Below are positions 40,377 through 55,120 of a stretch of DNA of 64,000 nt, piece after piece; the stretch's first letter is position 1, and the number at the start of each line of letters is the position of its first letter. The notes below the pieces were generated by a model. That model made no database searches and had not been told where the DNA came from. It worked only from the letters and a program-made list of their open reading frames with translations. This stretch comes from the human T2T-CHM13v2.0 reference genome, Homo sapiens, in the NCBI RefSeq assembly GCF_009914755.1, contig NC_060927.1. One strand, given 5' to 3'. The position numbers and the translations under genes were made by a program.

Positions 40377-40745
40377 TGTGATGATTAATTTTAATGTGTC
40401 AACTTGACTGGGCTAAGGGATGCCCAGAGTATTGGTAAAATGCTATGTCTGGATGTGTCTGTGAGGGTGTTGCTGGTAAGAGGTTAGCATTTGAATCAGT
40501 AGACTGAGTACAGGAAAGCATTAATACAGGTGGGCATCATCCAATCCATTGAAGGCCCAAATAGAACAAAAAGGTGCAGGAAGGGCAAATTTGATCTCTG
40601 TTTGAGCTGGGACACCCATCTTCTCCTGTCTTTGCATGCTGGCATTCTTGGTTCTCACACCTCTGGACTGGGAATTCCATCAGCTCCCCTGGGGCTCAGG
40701 TTTTCAAACAAACTGAATTACACCACTGGCTTTCACTTGTAATTC
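40377..40745 (+). mobile_element. MLT2 (ERVL) LTR, partial
   Basis: TGTGATGATTAATTTTAATGTGTCAACTTGACTGGGCTAAGGGATGCCCAGA. Confidence 0.85.
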
Positions 40746-42629
40746 ATTTTGGAATGGTTTTTAAGCTAAGTCTAAGCAGAATTTGATAAGAGTTATAATG
40801 TGCACAACTAGGCAAGCTTAAGTTCTATATTTGAACATATTTTAAAAAGCGATGCATATTAGATGCACAAAATTATAGTACTTTCCATCAAATGTCTTTA
40901 AATTTGCAAAACAGATCCCTAGCTAGCAGCCTTTTGGTTTTCAGGTATGCTGTGTGTGTCTTTTGTTTTTTGAAACCAATGTTTTTAAGGTTATTATTTA
41001 GTATTGATTTCTACTTATGGACATTGAGGGTTCTTTTTTTTCCCCAGAGTTTTAAACATGCCTTGTTTTCTAGCCACACAAGTCAAATTCCAATCTTAAT
41101 TGTGGCAGAGGTAGCACACAATTACTCTGACTGGAAATTGTTCTGTGGTTCTGTAGCTACTTACAGATGCTTCCCAATCTGTGAATGGCGGACAATTCCA
41201 CTTGGCCCACCTCCCCAAATTGTTGGTTGGTGAACTGAAAGAGAGAGTTTTAGAAGTAAAAGGGCTATGCAAATGCCAGGCATAGTTATTCCTGATCTGC
41301 ATTCGATGGAAGAAGTCCCCAGCTCTAAAAAGCTCTTTGTGGCTGCTAAAAGTGCTGGGACCATGGTCTTCAAACACAGCAGACGACAGCCTTCTCTCTT
41401 TGACTGCTACATCACTGCCAGAGCAATCTTTTGAAAGCAAATCTTGATCCTGCCACTTCTGTTTTGAAATCTCTTCATTGACTCTTTAGAGCTTACAGGA
41501 CAATACCTAAGCTCTCCTTAGTATGGCCGAAAGGGCTCTTGGCTGTGTCTTACCTCCTCTCCATGCATACCCACCCCTGGCTAGTGACTAAATGCAGCAG
41601 GCTTTACACAGCTCAGTTCCTTTGCTGTATGGCTTTTGCCCCCTTGGTCAGTATCTTGAAAAGGATTGGCCTAACACACAAGATCTCCTTCCTGGCTCCC
41701 TGTTTCTGCCTCCACTTTACCTCCTCCTCCTATTGATCCTACAAATTCCAAAACCATCTGTGCTAGTAGGCAGAGTAATTGGTGTTGAACAGATGTCTAT
41801 TTGGGTAACAATGTTATTTTTTAAAGTGGGCATTTTAAAAACATTGCTGCTAGATGATTTTGGAATGTATTTTACATCATAATTCCTCAGGCCCAGCAGG
41901 TTTTTCAACTTGACTTTTCTTAGGTTATTAGTGATGTTGTTTGGATGTCCTTGGTACACACCAAGAGAGTGGCAGAAAGAGCTGCTCAGCAATGTGCAAG
42001 AAACCCAGTGACTTCTTTGAGATGAAGTGTTTCTTCTGGCTAACTTTCCACAATGTGTTGCAGACATACAACTAATGGGCAATCCAGGTCCTTTAAAATC
42101 ATTTCTTCTTAAAAAATAGACTACAGTAAGTGTAGCTGTGCTATTCGGTAAATCAACATGTGTTTATCACATTTGCAAAGCCCTGGGTTGAATAGTCATT
42201 CATATGTAACTTCTGCATATTAGAGTTTCTAAGCTGTTTTCTTCCTTGCCAGTTCTTCTTGTGTCTCCAGTGGTTTTATGTTCATTTTTTAAGGGATCAG
42301 TGAGAGGACATAGATAAGGCTCTTTGCAAAGTGCAAATCCCTATGCAAATGTGAGGGTTTTAAATCGCTATTTCATCACTAGGTATACAGTATCCTTCTG
42401 CCCAGTAAACTGCTTCTTGGTTGTGATGGGTCAAGAAATTGACTTACTAGTCTACTGACTTCTCAGCACTTCCCAGCTTCTTTAGAAGTTTTCTGGGAAA
42501 GGAAGGAAACCATGAACGAGGTCCACTCTGGAAATCTGTCTTCTCACTCCATGCCCTGCCAGTCAGGGCATACCCAAAATATGGGCTTTGGCACAGATAA
42601 AACTTGAGACTCCTATTTCTTGCAGGGCT

Positions 42630-42850
42630 GAGTTCAGATTCCCAGATGTCACATACCAGTGTGTGACCATGAGCATGTTACTTCACCTCATTGAGCTTTA
42701 GTCATCTTATCCATAAAATAAGGACAATAAGAATATTCTCCCTCCTTCTATCAGGTGAGATAATACAGGGAAAGCTGATGAGTATCAGATTTAAAAAACT
42801 AGGTACTTAAATGCAGTAACGCATATGGCATAAGTAGTCAGTTAACATTA
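42630..42850 (+). mobile_element. MIR SINE
   Basis: GTGTGACCATGAGCATGTTACTTCACCTC...ATCCATAAAATAAGG. Confidence 0.65.
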
Positions 42851-43329
42851 TCTGCAATCATATCATCATTATTGCTTATCATTATCATTAGCACAAGGTC
42901 TTGGGCAATTTCAGGCGTCACTAGCTGCAATCCACTCCATTGTCTCCTACTCAGAAAGCAATGATTCACAATGCAAAGAAGTGAAAGTGTGCTTGGTCTG
43001 AATAACCTTGTTTCTGGCCCAGTTTATTTTTTCCAATAGAAGCCTTTATATACATTGATGCCGTAAGTAAAATTTGTAATGCATTTCTTTTGCTGATCTT
43101 TACACAGCTGATTGGGAGCCACCAGGGTTGTAATGACACCATGTTCACACAGGTGTACTGGTCTGGGACAGTCACCCGATTGCTACCAACTGCCCTGTGT
43201 CCTTCTGTATGGCTGCCAAGTACCTGCTCTGTGATTGACAGCTCAAGTTCCTAGGCATGAAAAAAGACTGGTCTTCAATAATAATAATTTTTAAATAATC
43301 ATTATGATACTAATGGGAGCAGCTATCCT

Positions 43330-43520
43330 CTACTGGTGGCTACTCTATCTAGACTTTGTGCCACATTTGTGTGATTTTCTATAGCAATCTTGTAAGTTGA
43401 GTCCTTGTACTGCCTCATAGTTGAGGAAACTGAGGTAAGAAAAGATGAAGTAAACTACCCATGAAAATACAAATAGGATATAGCAAATCTAATATTTGAA
43501 CCCAAGTAGTCTAACTTTAG
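43330..43520 (-). mobile_element. MIR SINE
   Basis: TGAGGAAACTGAGG core. Confidence 0.65.
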
Positions 43521-45040
43521 AGTCTGTGCTCAGCCAATAGTCTATGTTTGCTTTGCCATTTCCCTACCCACCTCCATATTCTTTTTCCTACATGTTAAAG
43601 AATGATAAGGGATGCTGTAATGATAGGAACTCACATTCCTTGGGCACATAGTATGTGCTGGGAACTCCCCCCCACCTTTCTCCTTTTACACTTCTTCTTT
43701 TTTTTTTTTAATGTTCCCACAAAACTTTATTTACTGACACAAAAATTCCTCTTTTATATTAAAAGAGCCCTAGGAGGGGAGGAAAGGCGTTCACAGTGTC
43801 AACAGATGAGGGAATGGAGGCTCTGAGAGGCTGGATTACCTAAAGTTTTCAAGGAGCTCTCTGGCTGCATAACCCAAACACATTCTATTTTCCACCACAG
43901 ATATTCCCCAACTAACTTACAGTTATAAGGCTGTAAAATAGATGTGTGGCTAAACCAAGATACATGGTAAAGACTTTATGTTCTGTGATCGGAGAGCCCA
44001 TGGCCACAAACTGTCCAAATTGTGTTGACTCAATGAACAACAGAATGAAAATATTTTCTCCTGAAAGGGAGAAATAATAACATTTTTAGCCAGAGCCAAG
44101 GCTTATACACCATGGCACTCTTTTAAGCTTCTCCAAGCTCTATACAGAGCCCTTGATGGTTTTCTGATAGGAAATGTCCCCGACACTGACATCCTATTGC
44201 ATGACAAGAAGACAACAGTGGCAAGAAGGGGCTTTCCCGAATGTGACTCCAAGATGTCATTGAGATGTTGTCAGGTTCTAAAATAGTCACTTCCATCCGA
44301 AGTCTTACAGGGTAATTATAGCTTTGCCATTATTCCTGGCCTGGCTGTGATCCACGACTCTGCTCTCATTACCTCCTGCTTCTTCATCTTGGGTCTGATA
44401 GAGCCCTTTCATCCAGATGTGGGGACCAGCTGAACATTCTGAGCAAGTTCTGCAGACCAGCTCTCCCCTAGACACCTCTGAATGTCTTGGGGCAAGTCAT
44501 GAGCAAAGAGAGTTAAGGAGCCAACCTTTAAACAAGAACAGAAGGAACCAGAGCAAATGGAACATGCCGGGTGGGGCAGAAGTGTGTTGTTAATTTTTTC
44601 TCCAGGTTTGGGTGTGTATTTATAGGCTGTTAGAAGGAGTACAGGGTTTTAGGTAGATAAACTTCTCTATTGAAAGGGAGAGGAAAAACATTTTCCCTGC
44701 CTTCCCCCCATTTCTTTTTAAGGCCACAGTTGAAGTCATACTCACCTTCCACTGTGAGGCACGGTGATGTTTTTCCAATTGTCTGGAGTCAGGTCTGCCA
44801 CACTTCCTTGACTGTATTCCTTCTTCCTGTCAGAGACAGGTTCCTGTGGTCAGGCACGCAGCAGGCTCCAGCCCAGCGTGCCAACTCAGAAGTCAGGAGC
44901 CACGATGTCCCTCAGACACTGATCTGTCGCACGGGGCTCAGACTTCTGAACTGGGACGTGACTGGGGAGACAGAATAAGCCCACACACACCGTGACTGAA
45001 TTCATGGAGTCCTTTGCCTCTCTGCCACCCTACAATGGTA

Positions 45041-45367
45041 CAGTCACATGGCTCTTAATGACAGGGATATGTTTTGAGAAATGTGTCATTAGGTGATTTT
45101 GAGGTTCAGCCAACATCAAAGAGTGTACTTAACAAACCTAGATGGGATAGCCTACTATCCTAATAGTATAGCCTAATGTTCCTAGGCTACAAACCTGTAC
45201 AACATGGTACTCTCCTGGATACAGTAGGCAATTGTAACACAAGGATAATTATCTGTGTATCTAATCATAGAAAAGATACAGTAAAAATTTGGTATTATAA
45301 TCTTATGAGACCAACATCATATATGTAGTCCGTCGTGGCTGAAACATCATTATGTGATGCATGACTG
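45041..45367. mobile_element. Tigger3-type (MER7) TcMar DNA transposon derivative
   Basis: TIRs CAGTCA...TGACTG flanked by TA TSDs; internal GAGAAATGTGTCATTAGGTGATTT. Confidence 0.88.
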
Positions 45368-45586
45368 TATTTGATTTTCTTTAAATAGTATTCTGGATCT
45401 TTAGAGGGGTCTTGACCATGAGTCCATGCAGAGAGAGGAGCCTGAGCTTTATCTCCCAGAACCTTAGTTTCCTTATCTGCAAAATGGGAATAATGGGAAT
45501 AATTATATCATGGGAAATGGTTGTGAGTAATTGTTTGAGATAATGATAGTAAAGCAGCCAGCACTGCTCATGGTAGCAATGATGTA

Positions 45587-45944
45587 CAGGTTGAGTGTTC
45601 CTTATTCAAAATACTTGGGACCAGAACTGTTGCTAATTTCAGATTTTTTCAGATTTTGGAATATTTGTGTATACATAATGAGATCTCTTGGGGATGGTAG
45701 CCAAGTCTAAACATGATTTTTTTATGTTTTACATGCACCTTATACTCATTGCCTGAAGGTAATTTTATACAATATTTTTCATTGTTTTGTGCATAAAATA
45801 AAGTTTTGACTATATTTTGACTGAGGTCTGTCACATGAGGTCAGGTGTGGAATTTTCCACTTGTGGCATCATATTGGTGCTCAAAAATGTTCAGATTTTA
45901 GAGCATTTTGGATCTTGAATTTCAGATTAGGGATATTCAATCTG
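45587..45944. mobile_element. Tigger4b-type (ZOMBI/MER46) DNA transposon derivative
   Basis: TA|CAGGTTGAGT...ATTCAATCTG|TA; TTTCAGATTTTGGAATATTTG. Confidence 0.88.
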
Positions 45945-46104
45945 TACTTCATCACTACCATAGGCAGTGCTTGTGGCTTTACTGGTATTATCTCAAATAA
46001 ATCCTCACTGCCACTTCCCATAATATAATTGTTCTCATTACTCCCATTTTACAGATAAGGAAGCCAAGGTTCAGGGAGATAAAGAAACTTGTCCCAGGTT
46101 ACAC

Positions 46105-46567
46105 GGTATCTTGGTTTATATTCTGCCTTGAAGCAGAACTCATGACAAGGATTCAAGTGAAAAGAGCTTATTTGAGATGTTCAGAAGTACCAGTAGGGCC
46201 ATGGGAAAGTTAGACATGGAAGAGAAGGTTGCTAATGTAGGGCATAATATACCAGTGAGAAACCAGAGTGTCAATCCACAGGGAAACTCTGGAAAACAGT
46301 GTAAGAACAGATACCCCAGAGTCACCCCTTCCAAAGGATGAGAAATCTGGAGTATATTTTTACACCAGCTTCTGCCAGTCCATTGGTTAAGGGTGGATGA
46401 TGTGGAAGTGGTGTGTTCATTCTTCGGTTTGGACAAAACTCCTACCAGGGATTCCTAGAAAGCCCCCAGCCTGAGAGATCCAGATACTGGCAGTTGGAAG
46501 CCAGCCAGCCTGCACCAAAGCAGTGAACATCAAAGAATTTGTTAAGAACCAACACTTCCTGCTACAT
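46105..46567 (-). mobile_element. LTR16-like ERVL LTR
   Basis: AAGCAGAACTCATGACAAGGATTCAAGTG...TTATTTGAGA...CTGCTACA. Confidence 0.55.
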
Positions 46568-46599
46568 ACACTTAATGGAAAAGCCAAGGCCACAACACT

Positions 46600-47320
46600 C
46601 TTGGTGACCTCTTGTCACAGAATAACCCAACCCGAAACTTAGTGGCTTAAAACAACCATTATATTTATTCATGAGTCTATGGGTGTGCAATTTGGGCTGA
46701 GTTCATCTAGACCGTTCTTCTGCTGATCTCACTTGGGGTTACTCATGGGACTGTACTTATCTGGTAGCTTAACTGGGATCTACTTATTCTTGGGAGACTT
46801 AAACTAGGACAGCTCCTCTGTTCATGGGGTCTCATCCTCCAGCACCTAGACCAGCGGTCAGCAAACTTTTCTTGTGCCAGATAGTATTTTCAGCCTTGCA
46901 GGGCATTCAATCTCTGATGGGACTGCTCAACCCTGCTGTTGTAGCATACAATAAATCATAGAAAATGCAGAAACAAATGGGCATGGCTGGGTTCCAACAA
47001 AACTTTATTTACAGACAGGAGGCATGCCAGATTGGGCTCATGGGCTATATTCTGCTGATCCCTGGGCTAGCCCAAACTGTATCACACAAGGCTGCACATT
47101 CAGAGAGAGTCAAGGCAGAAGCTACAAGACCTCTTAAAGCCTAGGCACAGAAGTCAGACAGCATTCTGTTGGTCAAAGCAAATCACTCCACCAGCCCAGA
47201 TCCAAGGGTGGAGCAGTAGACTTTGCCTCCTGATGGAAAGCTCTGCAACATCATTTCAAAGGGATGTGCATTCAAGTATATGAGAAATATTTGTGTCCAT
47301 CTTTACCATTAATCTACCTT
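46600..47320 (-). mobile_element. MLT1G/H-like LTR interrupted by MER58A (~46852-47066)
   Basis: AAACTTAGTGGCTTAAAACAAC; MER58A motif GGGCATGGCTGGGTTCCAACAAAACTTTATTTACA. Confidence 0.7.
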
Positions 47321-47550
47321 CCAACCCAGGTCTGTTTTGGATTCCAGAGTCTCTATATTTAACTACCACACCCTCCTCCCTCTTTATTTTGCTTCATGTA
47401 ACTGGTTGAGGGATGAGTTCAGGAAACCCAGCAGATCCTGACAGCTTTAGATCATATTCAGGTCCAAAATTTAAACGAGGTTCTTGCTGCTCCAGGTAAT
47501 GAACCTTGCATCTGTGATGTGTTAAATCTCAACCTTAGAAATGGAGCTTC

Positions 47551-48097
47551 TAATTGGCATGAGATATATATACCAATTACTGGGTGTATACCCAAAGGAT
47601 TATAAATCATTCTACTATAAAGACACATGCACATGTTTGTTTATTGCGGCACTATTCACAGTAGCAAAGACTTGGAACCAACCCAAATGTCCACCAATGA
47701 TAGACTGAATAAAGAAAATGGCACATATACATCAGGGAATACTATGCAGCTATAAAAAAGGATGAGTTCATGTCCTTTGCAGGGACATGGATGAAGCTGG
47801 AAACCATCATTCTCAGCAAACTATCACAAGAACAGAAAACCAGACACTGCATGTTCTCACTCATAAGTGGGAGTTGAACAATGAGAACACATGGACACGG
47901 GGAGGGGAACATCATATACCAGGGCCTGTCGGGGGGTGGGGGGCTAGGGGAGGATAGCATTAGGAGAAATACCTAATGTAGGTGACAGGTTGATGGGTGC
48001 AGCAAACCACCATGGCACATGTATACCTATGTAACAAAACTGCACATTCTGTACATGCACCCCATAACTTAAAGTATAATAAAAAAAAAAAAAGGAA
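47551..48097 (+). mobile_element. 5'-truncated L1PA with a short 5' inversion
   Basis: Recognisable ORF2 end and 3'UTR, poly(A); 14-bp TSD AGAAATGGAGCTTC at 47537-47550 and 48098-48111. Confidence 0.93.
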
Positions 48098-48762
48098 AGA
48101 AATGGAGCTTCAAGGAGCTAGAGAATTTTCTAGTCTAGTCAGTTACCTCTTGTGGGAAGGAGTTTGCTCTACTAATTGCCCAGCAAATGACCATTGAGAG
48201 TCTGCTTGATGACTGCATTGGACAGAATCTCACTACTCCAGTCTTTTTCCCTTCACTCACCCATATGTCTCAGCCATCCCTCCATTCATTGAGTCATTCA
48301 GCAAGTATTTATTGAGCACCTTCTGTGTACTAGGCCCTGATTTAAGAGAGGCACAAATAAACCTAGTAGCTTCCCTCCTGGAGATTATAGTCAGTTCATT
48401 TCCAGCATGACATCTGTTTTCAATTTTCTTCCTTAATCATATGACTCTACTTTGTCCTTTATGGTCTTTGTTTACTGGGTCTAGAAGAGTTGTTCTTAAC
48501 TCACTGAGAATATTTAGAAACACTCTCCCCACCCCGCCTTCACTGTCCTGAGATGAATTTCACAGATACATAGAAATCCACACAATTGCAAGGAAAAAAA
48601 AAACCTCATAATGTACTAGCTATAACAAAAAGGAGAACTTAAAGGAGAAGTAACTTGTAGTACAATCATGCATATTTTAATAGGTAAATTTTCTAAGATT
48701 CAACTAGATTAGGTACAGGAATAATTGGATGTTAGTACTATATGTAGAATCATTGTTTATAC

Positions 48763-48967
48763 CAGAGGTAGGCAGACATTTCTCCAAAGGGTCAGATAGT
48801 AAATATTTTAGGCTTTGTGGGCGATACTCAATTCTGCTGTTGTAGTGTGAAATCAGCCATAGGTAATATGTAAATAAGTGATCATGGTTGCGTTCCAATA
48901 AAACTTTATTTACAAAAACAGATGGTAGGCTGTATTTGGCCAGCTCACCATAGTTTGCTGACTCCTA
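48763..48967. mobile_element. MER58A hAT DNA transposon
   Basis: GGGTCAGATAGTAAATATTTTAGGCTTTGTGGGC...GTTCCAATAAAACTTTATTTACAAAAACAG. Confidence 0.85.
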
Positions 48968-49452
48968 CTGTATACAATAGTTAGAGATGAAGACTGATAA
49001 GGATATGTTATGTTATGTGGACAATTCAAACATCATTAAGGGTATTACTGTCAGTGATATGATTTTTCAAAATGGTGGTACCTTTTGGCAAAGTTCTGAA
49101 GAAAACAAAGTGAAATCCTCTCCATCTATAGAGTAGTTACTTTTCTGGAAAATTTAATGTATATCACCTAGCCCATTTTTATGTAGCTTTAGGTAATTAT
49201 AAAGGTGTTCCACCTATATGAGTGTCCTATATGATATTTTCAAGGCATTTGGGATACAGAACTATTTTTCGTTGCGAGGACTAAACTGGGCACTAACAGA
49301 GGTTTTGCCTCCTTGGTCCCTGCCCTTTAAATGGCTCTTCCGCTTCCAGTCTCTGTGCCACCAAAAAATACCTCCACCCCTAATTTCTAATGCTTCCCTC
49401 ATTGCACAATTACATCTCCTATTGAGAAGCACAGTACTAGACATGCCCCCCG

Positions 49453-50143
<691 letters not shown>

Positions 50144-50499
50144 TCCCCTGACACTGTTGCCTAGCCGTCTTCTCATTCTCCTTTTTTTTCATGGTCCAAG
50201 GGAAGTTCACTCCTCAATGCAGCCTTCTTGGTCAATGGTAATGTCATATACCAAAATACCAATAATGGCCAATAATAAAATATACTGTTTTACAGGTCAC
50301 CTTACATTTGGCAAAATAGTCTGTTTCTTTTTTCATTTAATTTTTAAAATTGTAAAGCATTTAAAATAGAAAAATGCAGACAATTACTTAGCAAATACTC
50401 ACATAGCCACCACCCAAATTTAACAAATGTTAAGATTTTTGGCATATTTGATTCAGATTACTCTTATGAAATAAAATACTACATGTTCAGTTGAAGTGA

Positions 50500-51117
<618 letters not shown>

Positions 51118-51772
51118 TGATGAGCATTAAGCTTAAGCTTGTTTCCAAGTTTTCATATCGTAAACATTTATGTATGTCACCTTGTGCCCATGCATGAAAA
51201 GAACTCTGACTATGAGTGGATTAGTGGCACATATTCTTCCTAACATAGCAATAGGTATCTCAGGACTGTCACAGCACTTCAGTGATGCCAGAGGGATCCA
51301 GGTTTATTCCTTCTCTCTGGTCTGCCATCTTTAACAGGTGCACATTTATCATCAGGTTTGGTTTTTCTCATGGTCACAAAATAGTTCCAGCACCTCCAGG
51401 CATCATGTCTATGTTCTAGTCAGGAATAAGGGAAAGGAGCAAAAGGCCAATAGAGCAATTAGTCATACTGTCCTCACAAACAAGTTTTCTTAGAAACCCC
51501 ACTCAGTGAGGCAGAATGATGTTCACTTACACCCCACACTGGCCAGCACAGTGTCACATGGTTCGCCCCTTAGCCAATTCTAGGAAACTTTCTAGAAGGC
51601 AGGATGGTGTACAAGGAAGCTGGATCAGTTGACCAGTTGTATCTGCCTTACTACCCAGGGAATAATGGCTGAACTGAAGGATATTCATGTCCCCAGGACT
51701 TCTAGATATTGACAACATGATTGCCAATATGGCTGACCCATTTTATAGTGTAACCAAAGAAGTCCGAAAGTT

Positions 51773-51872
51773 CCGTGGTGGCTCACATCTGTAATTCTAG
51801 CACTTTGGGAGGCCAAGGTGGGAGAATCACTTGAGGTCAGGAGTTTGAGACTAGCCTGGGCAACATGGTGAG

Positions 51873-51876
<4 letters not shown>
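51773..51876 (+). mobile_element. FLAM/Alu left-arm fragment
   Basis: GTGGTGGCTCACATCTGTAAT...GGGCAACATGGTGAGA. Confidence 0.85.

Positions 51877-51960
<84 letters not shown>
51877..51960. repeat. Compound (TC)26(TA)16 microsatellite
   Basis: Perfect runs at 51877-51928 and 51929-51960. Confidence 0.97.
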
Positions 51961-51962
<2 letters not shown>

Positions 51963-52139
51963 AAAGAAGGAAAATACAGTTCTGCTTCGTCATGTCAGAA
52001 TCAAATTATTATGATGAATCTACTGTTAGCATGATGCCAGATGAGGTCACATGAAAAAACAGACAAAGAAAATCCCCAAATGAATGCTTCCAGAGCCTTA
52101 AGCAGAGTGCCTAGAACTTGGAACCTGCTCTAAGACAGG

Positions 52140-52340
52140 CTTGTTGGATCCCTGTCCTGCTGTTTACTGATGGGTGATTCTGTGTAAGTTTTTCTGAGCC
52201 TTGATTTTCTCATCTGTAAATGGGGACACAAGTAGCATCTATCTCTATCTCCTAAAAATGATAATGATTAAAAGAGATAATGTCTATGGAATGGCTAACA
52301 TAGCACCAGCCATAGACGGAGGCTGCAGTCACTGTTTGCT
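52140..52340 (+). mobile_element. MIR SINE
   Basis: CTGAGCCTTGATTTTCTCATCTGTAAATGGGGA. Confidence 0.7.
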
Positions 52341-53199
52341 ATTGAGATTAATGTCATTACCTAGAGAGTGTATGCCATGTGTAGGCTGACAATATTTTTT
52401 GAGCTTCAAATTAGGAAATGGATTTGATGGTTTTGAGTCCACTCATGGAAAAGCAGAATATTTGAAATACAGCCATTCTGAAGAATATAGAATGATTTCT
52501 AATACCTTAATATCTAATATTGATTTCTAATATCTCAGTAGAGCGTCATCTCTGCCTTCTAGAACTTTGTAGAAAGTACAGCATGTTTCAAAATATGAGC
52601 CTCAAATAGGAAAAAAAATTGGGTAGACTAACCGAGACAAATGACCCTTAACTGAACCCTTATCTTACTCCTCACTTTGTAGATAAACAGATGTGGACTT
52701 TTATTTTTTGTTTTTATTTTTTTGTCTTTAAGCCTTCAAAGAACAAATTTTAGAATATGAACTTCAAACTTGTTTTTTTAATAACATTTAACAGTCAGAG
52801 TTAAGAGATGAATAATATGGAGAAGTGGGGAAGCGATGGAAATTATCAATAATTTGTTATAAGGGAAAGTTTAAGAAGCTGGTGTTATTAAATCCAGAGG
52901 AGAGAAAGTTAATGAGAAGTGTCACAATTAAGCCCCTGAACATTATCTTCACAAGGAGCCAAATGAAGTAGAATAATTTTAACTAATGGAAGAACGAATT
53001 TTGGGGGTCTTTTTGGAGAAAAATGTTCAGAAACAAATGCTGTTAAACCTTCACTATAGTAGTCAGTGACCTAAAAAACAGACTGGCTGCTGCTACTTTT
53101 CTGCAATTGTCTATATCTCTTTCAGATCATGAAAAAACTTGATCTTTAATAATTTTATTACACAGTTCTGAACCTTAAAAGAAGGGACATGCTTTGTAG

Positions 53200-53560
53200 T
53201 TGGCAAAGGTACCATTCAATGTATATTACCTGAAGTGTCTAATTGTCTGTCAGGCACAAAGTTAGACTCTGGGGATATAGAAGAATGCCTGCTGGATGTA
53301 GAACCTGCTGTCATGGAGCTTATAGACCATTAAAAGACCCAGAAAGGGCAATAGGAACTGACAAAACTATGATGGATGCTACAGGAGCACAGGAGAAGCC
53401 ACTTAATCTTGACAGAGTGGAGTGTGCGTAGGGGGGTCCAGGAAGGCTTTCTGGAGGAAGCAAGGTCTAAGCTGAAATCTGGTGAGTGAATAGGAATCAG
53501 CTGTGTGAAACTGGAGGCCTGGGGAAAGTTGATGGTTGGAGGTGAGGAGGAGGTAGGGGC
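53200..53560 (-). mobile_element. L2 fragment
   Basis: CAGGAAGGCTTTCTGGAGGAAG...AAGCTGAAATCTG. Confidence 0.6.
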
Positions 53561-53949
53561 AGAGGTATAGCAGGTCTCTCATGGGGAGAGTGAGCCTGGG
53601 AGATGGGCTAAACTGGAGAAATGCAGGGCTTATGCCACTGTTCTTTGTGTGTAACACTTTTACTTTCATCATGCTTCTCTATGGTTTTTCATTGTTGTCT
53701 TAGCAACCATGATATCATCATACTATCCTAAAAACTGTTGAAGAGGCTCCACTTTTGAGAATAAGCTCTGGAACAAACCTCCCCTCCATTTTCTCTTTAC
53801 CTACGTGTTGGCTAAAAAATCAAATAGTGGGGTAGGGGAGGGGAGGAAGAGCAGGAACGGAGACATATGGGCCTATCTTAAGGCATCTTGCCTCTTCTAT
53901 TTTAGTAATTTATCCATTGGATTTATGGCTGTGTAACTATTTTCTGCGT

Positions 53950-54440
53950 AGCATTATGGTTAAGAGAGCGCATCCTGAAGCTAAAGTGCCTGTTTCCAAA
54001 GGAGGCACTGAGAAAGACTGGCAATGTGGCCTTGGGCAAGTAAGTTAACTTCTCTGGACCTTAGTATATCCATCTGTAAAACGGGAATAATAGCACTTCC
54101 TCACAGAGCTGTTGTGAGCATTACATGTTAAGGTAGTAAGGTGCTTAGAACAACACCTGGCACATAGTTAACCTTCAATAGATGGCCAGCCATGATCACC
54201 ATTTATTATTTATGTTACCTGGAACTGAATGCAGGGATCAATAATAATAATAGTTCTCATTGATTGAGCATGTACTATGTGATAGTCATGGTACTTCTTG
54301 CCTTGCCTTCATTATCTCATTTAATATTCTCAACTACCTTATAAATTAGCCACCTCTTTTTACAGATAAAGGAACTGAGGCTTAAAGAAGGTAACTAGCT
54401 CGCTCCAGGACAGTGGTGCATTGGGGACCTGAACCCAAGC
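53950..54440. mobile_element. Two MIRs, tail-to-tail (+ ~53950-54190, - ~54245-54440)
   Basis: CCTTGGGCAAGT...CATCTGTAAAACGGG and TTTTACAGATAAAGGAACTGAGGC. Confidence 0.7.
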
Positions 54441-54879
54441 CTTCCCCTCAAATCCAGCCTTGCATTACCTTCATGAGGAAGATTAGATCCTGGTTCTTTT
54501 TACTTTCTACTCAGAGTGTCTTGTTTTCTTTAGAGCTGTGTTGGTAGACTTGTTTTAGAACTGTGTGGTCAGTCTGGAAGTATGATCGGCTCTTTAAGAA
54601 ACCTCCTAAAAGTTATGCTAATAAACATGGCTTAGATAAAGTTTGAGAGTTGGCCACCATAACCAAAGACCAGCCAAAGGAAAATTACCAAAGTAATGTG
54701 TGTTCTAAGAATCAACAAATGTGTCTGGATACACGATGAGTGTGCATGCGCCCCTACTAGGGGCACAGATGGGAAGAAAGTATTCCCAGTCCTCCACTGC
54801 TCACCCTGGAGCCCCAGAGGCCTACCTTGGAGAAGCAGAACTGACTCAGACTCAATATGGCATTTGTGAGACAACAGGG

Positions 54880-55120
54880 CCCCGGAGTCAAGAGCATAGG
54901 CTTGACACTCCAACTCAGTCAGATGTGAGGCCTGATTCCCTCCCTTCTAGCTGGGTGAAAAGAGCCAAATATTTTCCATTTCTCTGAACCTCCATTTCCC
55001 TTACCCATGAGATAGGGATATGAATACTTACATTCCAGACTCCTTGCAGACATATTGTGAATATTAATTGAGATAAAGGGCATGAGGGATGTAACACGCT
55101 ATGCTGCACATGGTTAGCCA
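54880..55120 (+). mobile_element. MIR SINE
   Basis: TCTCTGAACCTCCATTTCCC...ATTGTGAATATTAATTGAGATAA. Confidence 0.6.

Noticed and set aside
54750-54764. GCCCCTA-C-TAGGGGC as palindrome or CTCF site
   Set aside because: Only a 7-bp stem, and one G short of the CTCF core spacing on both strands.
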